The translations under genes and the position numbers were made by a program. From the NCBI GenBank assembly GCA_963762255.1, contig CAVXKA010000002.1, positions 448,001 through 512,000 on the forward strand: DNA of 64,000 nt, given 5' to 3'. A model generated the notes under the pieces. It had not been told where the DNA came from and searched no databases. It saw nothing but the letters and a program-made list of their open reading frames with translations. The number at the start of each line of letters is the position of its first letter. Position 1 is the first letter of the stretch. The stretch is from Candidatus Eiseniibacteriota bacterium. GTDB taxonomy: Bacteria; Eisenbacteria; RBG-16-71-46; JABDJR01. This document shows positions 58,270-64,000 of this stretch, piece by piece.

Positions 58270-58298
58270 ACTCTAGGCCATCCTCTTAGCCCTGTCAA
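58270..58298 (-). promoter_or_regulatory. Distal sigma-70-type promoter of the TBDR operon
   Basis: TTGACA-N17-TAGAGT. Confidence 0.6.
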
Positions 58299-58320
58299 GG
58301 TTCCCGACCCCCTGAGTCCC

Positions 58321-59775
58321 CTAAAAGAGGTACTTCACGTAGGCCGAGAACTGCGACCGGTCGTTATTGGTCTTGGCGTTCACGTCCACGTCGTAGGCCA
58401 GATCGAACTGCCAGATGCCCCCGGACGGGACGATGCCGATGCCGGTGGACAGCGTCGACCGGTCCAGGTCCCGTTCGCTGACCGTGTTGCCTGCGACGAC
58501 CGTGGTCTTATCCGTGGATTGGGTCTGAGCGAAACCGAGGCGCCCCACCAAGATCTCCCCCGCCAGATACTCCCCTCCCACCCGGAACACGTTTTCATCG
58601 AGCTCGGACTTGATCCCCTCCGAAAATCCGGTGACTTCTGAGCCGGAGACCTTCATCTCGGCAGCCAGCAGAAGCCGAGCCCGAAGCTGCGTGGTCGACA
58701 CTCCCAGCACGAAGGCGTTGCCGTCGGCGGAAACGTCCAGATCGGCGCGGGAGCCGATGATGTTCGGGTTCTGGATGACACTGAAGTCCTGCTGCGCGCT
58801 CAGAACCGCTCCCGAGAGGGTGAGACGATTCGGAATCACTTCCAGCCGCGCGCGGGCGCGAAACGAGTCGTCCGACCGATCTTCGGTAAACGTGTCTGTG
58901 TCGAATCGAACCACCTCGTCGGTCGGGTTGTAGCCGAACCGTTGAGACCAGCTAATCGCGACGGATTCCTTACCCTCAAGCTTCCGGTGCGAGTAGTCCA
59001 CGCCGGCCTGAAGGCGTCCCCGGTCGATAAAGCCGTGGAACGACGCAAGTCCCCCCGGACGACTCCAGTCAAAGGTGTCGGTGTGGAATGGCCCCCGGCT
59101 CGTGCCGTCGACCTGACTCGAGATGATCTCCCCCCGCGCGCCCACCGTGACCCCGCGGGCAACGCGGAACGTTCCGCCGAGGCCGGCGTGGATGAGCGTG
59201 GACTCGTGGGAGATGTTGTAGACGCGCGGAGAGAAGACGCTTTCGGCCTCATCGGTGAGGGCGAGCCGCACTCCAGCTGAGAAGCGGGGGAAGAAGTACC
59301 GGCTTCCCACAAGCTCCAACCCGGAGATCTCGTACGAGTTGCGGAGCCGAGTGACGTCGTCGGTCCTGGCTTCGGCGTAATCGATGCGGCCACCCAGACC
59401 CATCTTGCCGGGGGCATGATAGGCAACCAGGAACGAACCCTCGTTGACGCGGGAATTGTCGCGGTTGCTGGCGGCGTCGCGCTCGGTGAACTCCTGGTGG
59501 CCGTACCGAGTGTCGATGGACCACGAATCACGATCATCACCGAGCCCGGCCGGGTTGTGGCTGAAATCGTAGGCGTCCAACTCGTAGTTCTCGTCGGAGA
59601 CCGCGGCTTCGAACCCGCCCATACCGTCCAGGCGAACGGTTCCCGGGCCGAAGACCACTTGGGTCGGCTGCAGGAACATCCGCTCGTTCACGAGGAGTTG
59701 CGCGGAGGCGGTGCCGGCCGTCAGCGTCATGAGGAGGAAAAACGAAAGCGCTCGGATCTGCATTTCCTTCACCAC
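58321..59775 (-). CDS. Outer-membrane beta-barrel with a FadL/PorV-like N-terminal motif
   Basis: Signal peptide; GTVRLDGMGG..AAVSDE...HNPAGL; amphipathic strands; terminal YVKYLF; GTG start after GGAGGT. Confidence 0.72.
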   Translation of the reverse strand: MVKEMQIRALSFFLLMTLTAGTASAQLLVNERMFLQPTQVVFGPGTVRLDGMGGFEAAVSDENYELDAYDFSHNPAGLGDDRDSWSIDTRYGHQEFTERDAASNRDNSRVNEGSFLVAYHAPGKMGLGGRIDYAEARTDDVTRLRNSYEISGLELVGSRYFFPRFSAGVRLALTDEAESVFSPRVYNISHESTLIHAGLGGTFRVARGVTVGARGEIISSQVDGTSRGPFHTDTFDWSRPGGLASFHGFIDRGRLQAGVDYSHRKLEGKESVAISWSQRFGYNPTDEVVRFDTDTFTEDRSDDSFRARARLEVIPNRLTLSGAVLSAQQDFSVIQNPNIIGSRADLDVSADGNAFVLGVSTTQLRARLLLAAEMKVSGSEVTGFSEGIKSELDENVFRVGGEYLAGEILVGRLGFAQTQSTDKTTVVAGNTVSERDLDRSTLSTGIGIVPSGGIWQFDLAYDVDVNAKTNNDRSQFSAYVKYLF

Positions 59776-59789
59776 TGCAAACCTCCTGG

Positions 59790-61181
59790 CTAACACCGGC
59801 GCGCGGTGCCGACTCGCGGCTTGCGCGGTTCGAACTGCAGGCGAATCTCGGTGGACCCGCTCCCCACGGAGGAGGAGTTGTTCAGCACCCCGATCACCAT
59901 GCGATAGAAGTGGGTACCATCCGGGTTGACGATCAGATCGTCGCCGTTGCCGGTGCTCAGATCCCTCATGATCTCGAGGGTCCGCACCGGAAAGCCCTTG
60001 TCCTGATTCACGGTGTAGGCCGCTCGCGCGCGCACGTCCCGGGCGCTCTCGGAGGGAAGCTGGAGCCCCCAACCCTGGACGCCGTCGTACTCGTCGGGCT
60101 GAAGTTTGGACCCCCACGGCAGAGGCTTCGTAAGCCGCGAGCAGGCCAGCACGCTCCCGCAAACGAAACGCGTGGAGGTCGGATACCAGAGCGCGAGATC
60201 GGCGGGGACTCCCTTGTTGCGGGCTTGGAGATCCTCCTCGGTAGGTTCACGGTCTACGGACGGGCACTGGGTGAGACGTAACGGGATCGGAGACGATCCG
60301 TTCCAGTTGGCCACATACAGGGGTGAACCAACGTCGGCGACGACGGAGTTCGCATTGACCCACAGATCCTCACAGAAACCCGACGTATTCGCGTACTTGG
60401 TGGACACAGGCTCGGGAAGGTCATTCACGAAAGCCTGCCAGTTCGCGAACTGGAAGACCGGATGGAGATTGGTCCGCCCTGCCCGCCAGACCCAGACGTC
60501 CGTCGGCCGGGCCCCGGAAGCAACCGGGATCGCCGCACTGGGTGCCTTGACACCGAGTCCGGCCATCAACTCCTGATTCAAGCTCACGAGGTCCGAGAGG
60601 GGCTCCTCGTCCGGAGCCTCGGTAAGCGCGATGAAGATCTGGTCTTCCTTGCCGTCAGGGTTGATGCGAGTCCAGCGCACGCTGTCCGCCGGCTCCGTGG
60701 CTAATAGCCACGGGTCGCAGTCCGGGGTCGCGGAAACGTCGGCGATCGTACTCGAGACGATTTCCCCGGTGATGGAATCGGGCTTCCCGTAGGCCAGGAA
60801 ATCCGCCCTGTAGTTGTTGGTGTTGTCGGGGTAGCGGACGAGGAAGTAGATCCGATTCGTCCCCCCCACCCGGGCTTCGTCGGTCCAGATCGCCCGGACC
60901 TCGACGTAGTATTCCGCACCGCCGGTGCCGTTGGCCCCGGTCATGCGCAAGAAGATGGGCTCCGCGCCCGTCCACTCGCGCTCCTCCGCGACACCGTCGA
61001 TCTGCGGCAACACGTCGTTGCAGGGATCGGCGCTTCCGCCGGGATCGCCGTAGGTCACGGTGAGGATCGAGAAATCCCCGATCTGAGATGGATCGAACTG
61101 CGTGACTCCGGAGCAGCCGTAGGCCAGCCACAGAACAATGGCGGCCGCGGCGACCGGTAACAGGACGCGCAACAGCTTCAT
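59790..61181 (-). CDS. Lipoprotein with an ethylbenzene-dehydrogenase-gamma/DOMON-like domain
   Basis: Lipobox AYGC; PQIDG...EW, VEVRAIWT...IYFLVRYPD, EDQIFI, DVWVWRAGRTN, SARDVRA, TLEIMRDLSTGNGDD. Confidence 0.65.
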   Translation of the reverse strand: MKLLRVLLPVAAAAIVLWLAYGCSGVTQFDPSQIGDFSILTVTYGDPGGSADPCNDVLPQIDGVAEEREWTGAEPIFLRMTGANGTGGAEYYVEVRAIWTDEARVGGTNRIYFLVRYPDNTNNYRADFLAYGKPDSITGEIVSSTIADVSATPDCDPWLLATEPADSVRWTRINPDGKEDQIFIALTEAPDEEPLSDLVSLNQELMAGLGVKAPSAAIPVASGARPTDVWVWRAGRTNLHPVFQFANWQAFVNDLPEPVSTKYANTSGFCEDLWVNANSVVADVGSPLYVANWNGSSPIPLRLTQCPSVDREPTEEDLQARNKGVPADLALWYPTSTRFVCGSVLACSRLTKPLPWGSKLQPDEYDGVQGWGLQLPSESARDVRARAAYTVNQDKGFPVRTLEIMRDLSTGNGDDLIVNPDGTHFYRMVIGVLNNSSSVGSGSTEIRLQFEPRKPRVGTARRC

Positions 61182-61283
61182 GGGAATGACCTCTGTACGA
61201 TGTGAGCCGCTTGGTTCAGGCGCCTGGTTTTTCAGCCGTCCGGTCCTGGAGGGGGGGGGTCGGTCTGGCATCGCAGCCCAAAA

Positions 61284-61312
61284 ACGCTAACTCCGCACTC
61301 CGTCTGTGTCAA
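61284..61312 (-). promoter_or_regulatory. Sigma-70-type promoter for the lipoprotein-barrel pair
   Basis: TTGACA-N17-TAGCGT, overlapping the end of mpg. Confidence 0.55.
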
Positions 61313-61991
61313 GAGTCACCGTGTACTCCGACCCTCTGCCGCGCCCACGAAAAAACGCGGAAGGTACCCGGCTCACGCAGGGATCGCCACCGATCCAGAA
61401 GCGCCAGGGGCGATCGGTGCCGAGCCGGATCCCCACGCGCGGCCCACACAGGATCGGCTCGGGGCGGCTGCCGTCCCAGCGCAACGTCAAGATCGGTCCT
61501 TGAAGGGAGGCCCGGTTGAATGCGAGATCGACGCCGAGCGCCTGGCAGAGCCGAGACGGTCCGGCGGTGAGATCGCGGAGGCCCCCGCGACCGCGTCGAC
61601 GGGCCATGCGCTCCGTGCCGGCGAGAGGGTGGAGAGCGCGGATCAACACGGCAGCCGGGAATCCGGCCGGTTCGGTCACCACGTTGAGGAGATGGTGCAT
61701 GCCATACGTGAAGTAGACGTACGCATGACCCGGCTCGCCGTACATGACGCTGGTCCGCGGTGTGAGGCCCGCAGACGCGTGGCAGGCCGGATCGTCCTCC
61801 CCGATGTACGCCTCGGTCTCCACGATCCGCCCGCAGGTCCAGAGGCCGTCTGCCTCGCGCCGGGCGAGAATGCACCCGAGAAGTTCGCGGGCCACCACCA
61901 GCGTGTCGCGCCTGTAGAACGACCGGGGCAGCGTACGCCCGGGGGGTCGCCGGAGCGCTCGCGGACAGGCGGGGGCGGGCAGGGCACTCAT
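61287..61991 (-). CDS. mpg: DNA-3-methyladenine glycosylase (MPG/AAG family)
   Basis: VARELLG, GRIVETEAY...DPACH, GHAYVYFTYGMH, AVLIRA, GPSRLCQALG, RVGI...PWRF. Confidence 0.93.
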   Translation of the reverse strand: MSALPAPACPRALRRPPGRTLPRSFYRRDTLVVARELLGCILARREADGLWTCGRIVETEAYIGEDDPACHASAGLTPRTSVMYGEPGHAYVYFTYGMHHLLNVVTEPAGFPAAVLIRALHPLAGTERMARRRGRGGLRDLTAGPSRLCQALGVDLAFNRASLQGPILTLRWDGSRPEPILCGPRVGIRLGTDRPWRFWIGGDPCVSRVPSAFFRGRGRGSEYTVTLDTDGVRS

Positions 61992-63352
61992 CGCGAGGCG
62001 GCGGACCCGACCCCTAGCTCCCGAAGGGCGCCGCGCAATTCGGCCTCGATCGTGTCGCGCGCCTCGGGGGTTGTCCCCTCCGCACGCAGAACCAGCACCG
62101 GCTGGGTGTTTGAGGCGCGCACAAGCCCCCAACCGTCGGCGAAATTCACCCGCGCCCCGTCCACCTCCACCACCTCGTGCGTGCCGCGATAGCGTGCGCG
62201 GATCGCATCCACGACATCGAACTTCGTCTCGTCGGGGCAATCGACGCGGATTTCCGGCGTGGCGTGGTAGCGCGGCAACTCGTCGGCCAGCATGCCGAGG
62301 GAGCGTGGAGAAGACGCGACGAGTTGGGCAAGCCGCCCCGAAGCGTAGATCGCGTCGTCGAAGCCGTACCAGTCGTCGGCGAAGAACATGTGCCCCGACA
62401 TCTCGCCCGCCAGGGGCGACCCGGTTTCCTTCATGCGCGTCTTGATGATCGAGTGGCCGGTGCGGGTCATGATCGGCCGTCCCCCATGCGCCTCGATGTC
62501 CTCGATGAGCGCCCGCGAGCACTTCACCTCGAAGAGGATCGGCGCACCCGGATGACGGGCCAGCACCTGTCGGGCGAAGAGGGCGAGGAGCTGATCGCCC
62601 CAGAGGACCCTCCCCCGCTCATCGAGCGCTCCCAGCCGATCGGCGTCGCCGTCGTAGGCGAGCCCGATGTCGGCCCCCGTCGCCAGCACGCGCTCGCGGA
62701 GACCGACCAGCGTCTCCGGCAGCGTGGGGTCCGGCATGTGGTTGGGGAATCGCCCGTCGGGCTCGCAGTAGAGCTCCTCCACCTCGGCGCCGAGACGGCG
62801 AAAGAGCTCCGGGGCGAAGGGGCCCGCGCAACCGTTGCCCGCATCCAACACCACCTTGAGGGGACGGGCGAGCGCGAGCCGGCTCCCCATCGCGTGGAGA
62901 TACTCGGCGCGGATGTCCCGCTCCTCGACACGGCCGGCGCCCGAGCGAAACTCGGCCGCTTCCATGCGCCGGCGCAGCGTCTGGATGTCCTCTCCGAAGA
63001 AGCTCCCGATCCCCTTCATCAACTTGAAGCCGTTGAACTCGATCGGATTGTGGCTCCCGGTGATCTGTACCGCGCCGTCCAGGCCGTCGTGATGGACTGC
63101 GAAGTACACGGCGGGTGTGGGAACGACGCCCAGTGAGCGCACGTCCACCCCGGTGGCGGTGATCCCGTCGATGATGGCGGCGGCCAGCGACGGCGAACTC
63201 TCGCGAACGTCCATGCCGACCGCCACCGTGCGACCGCCCCCCTCGGCGATGGCCGAGCCGTACCCGCGTCCGATCGCGCGTACGGTGTCCAGGTCGAGAT
63301 CCTCGCCGACGAGCCCGCGGATGTCGTACTCGCGGAAGATATGCGGGTTCAT
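61988..63352 (-). CDS. Phosphomannomutase/phosphoglucomutase
   Basis: [34 protein letters not shown]. Confidence 0.94.
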   Translation of the reverse strand: MNPHIFREYDIRGLVGEDLDLDTVRAIGRGYGSAIAEGGGRTVAVGMDVRESSPSLAAAIIDGITATGVDVRSLGVVPTPAVYFAVHHDGLDGAVQITGSHNPIEFNGFKLMKGIGSFFGEDIQTLRRRMEAAEFRSGAGRVEERDIRAEYLHAMGSRLALARPLKVVLDAGNGCAGPFAPELFRRLGAEVEELYCEPDGRFPNHMPDPTLPETLVGLRERVLATGADIGLAYDGDADRLGALDERGRVLWGDQLLALFARQVLARHPGAPILFEVKCSRALIEDIEAHGGRPIMTRTGHSIIKTRMKETGSPLAGEMSGHMFFADDWYGFDDAIYASGRLAQLVASSPRSLGMLADELPRYHATPEIRVDCPDETKFDVVDAIRARYRGTHEVVEVDGARVNFADGWGLVRASNTQPVLVLRAEGTTPEARDTIEAELRGALRELGVGSAASR

Positions 63353-64000
63353 CGCACCTTCTCCCCGGCGCCCTTCCCGTCCCCCTTCTTCGGGACCGGC
63401 TTCCGGGTGGCATCCGATCGCAGGTACGCGTCGATGAAGCCGTCGAGGTCCCCGTCCATGACGCCGTGCACGTCGCTCGTTTCGTGGTTGGTGCGGTGAT
63501 CCTTGACCATCGTGTAGGGCTGGAAGACGTAGGACCGGATCTGACTGCCCCAGGCGATCTCCTTCTGCTGGTCGTAGAGACCGTCCAGAACGCGGCGTTC
63601 CTCCTCGAGTTGGCGGGCAAAGAGCCGAGCGCGAAGGATCTTCATCGCGCTGTCCTTGTTGCGGTGCTGACTGCGCTCGTTCTGGCAGCTCACCACGATG
63701 CCGGTGGGGATGTGGGTCAGGCGAATCGCGGACTCGGTCTTGTTGACGTGCTGCCCGCCCGCGCCCGAGGCGCGAAACGTGTCGACGCGCAGGTCCGCCT
63801 CGTTCACTTCGATATCGACGCTCTCCTCCACTTGCGGGTAGACGAATACCGAGGCGAAGGAGGTGTGGCGCCGTCCGCTGGCGTCGAAGGGCGAGATGCG
63901 CACGAGTCGGTGCACGCCCGATTCCGCCTTGAGATAGCCGCAGGCGTACTCGCCGTTGACCTCGAAGGTGGCGTCCTTGAGACCGGCCTCGTCCCCCGCC
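63349..64000 (-). CDS. prfB: Peptide chain release factor 2, C-terminal part (5' end beyond the window)
   Basis: [14 protein letters not shown] (SPF motif), [18 protein letters not shown]. Confidence 0.96.
   Translation of the reverse strand, partial: AGDEAGLKDATFEVNGEYACGYLKAESGVHRLVRISPFDASGRRHTSFASVFVYPQVEESVDIEVNEADLRVDTFRASGAGGQHVNKTESAIRLTHIPTGIVVSCQNERSQHRNKDSAMKILRARLFARQLEEERRVLDGLYDQQKEIAWGSQIRSYVFQPYTMVKDHRTNHETSDVHGVMDGDLDGFIDAYLRSDATRKPVPKKGDGKGAGEKVR

Noticed and set aside
63349-64000. prfB programmed +1 frameshift
   Set aside because: The slippery site lies near the 5' end of the gene, outside this window, so it cannot be assessed.

Overview
High-GC window from a diderm bacterium. 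The gene content (SprA, PorV-family barrel, C25 peptidase with a T9SS-like C-terminal domain, GWxTD protein) suggests an FCB-group lineage such as Ca. Eisenbacteria, Latescibacterota or Krumholzibacteriota; this is inference. Most of the window is core chromosome: lptFG-thiE, comB-accC-pilT-accB, aroB, ECF sigma/anti-sigma/HtrA, rnc-fab-plsX-rpmF, ndk-sucDC, rfaE1/E2, radC, an msbA-like glycosyltransferase cluster, tol-pal, tRNA-Leu-secG-tpiA-pgk-gap, mpg, PMM/PGM and prfB. No CRISPR array, integrase or transposase is visible. The most unusual signals are: (1) a three-gene operon, bounded by promoters and a terminator, encoding a TonB-dependent receptor, a T9SS-type cargo protein and a dedicated PorV-family barrel; (2) two further pairs of lipoprotein plus FadL/PorV-like barrel, with heme-related domains; (3) a small locus beside tRNA-Leu with a structured leader, a basic coiled-coil/winged-helix protein and a separately transcribed ~125-nt rod-shaped RNA of unknown family; (4) an HtrA homologue with all three catalytic residues replaced, in the ECF operon; (5) an arginine-synthetase/cDPGS-like P-loop enzyme coupled to sucCD-ndk. 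Two single-base frameshifts (aroB and a GT4) are probably assembly errors. All family calls come from motif recognition by eye, not from database searches.
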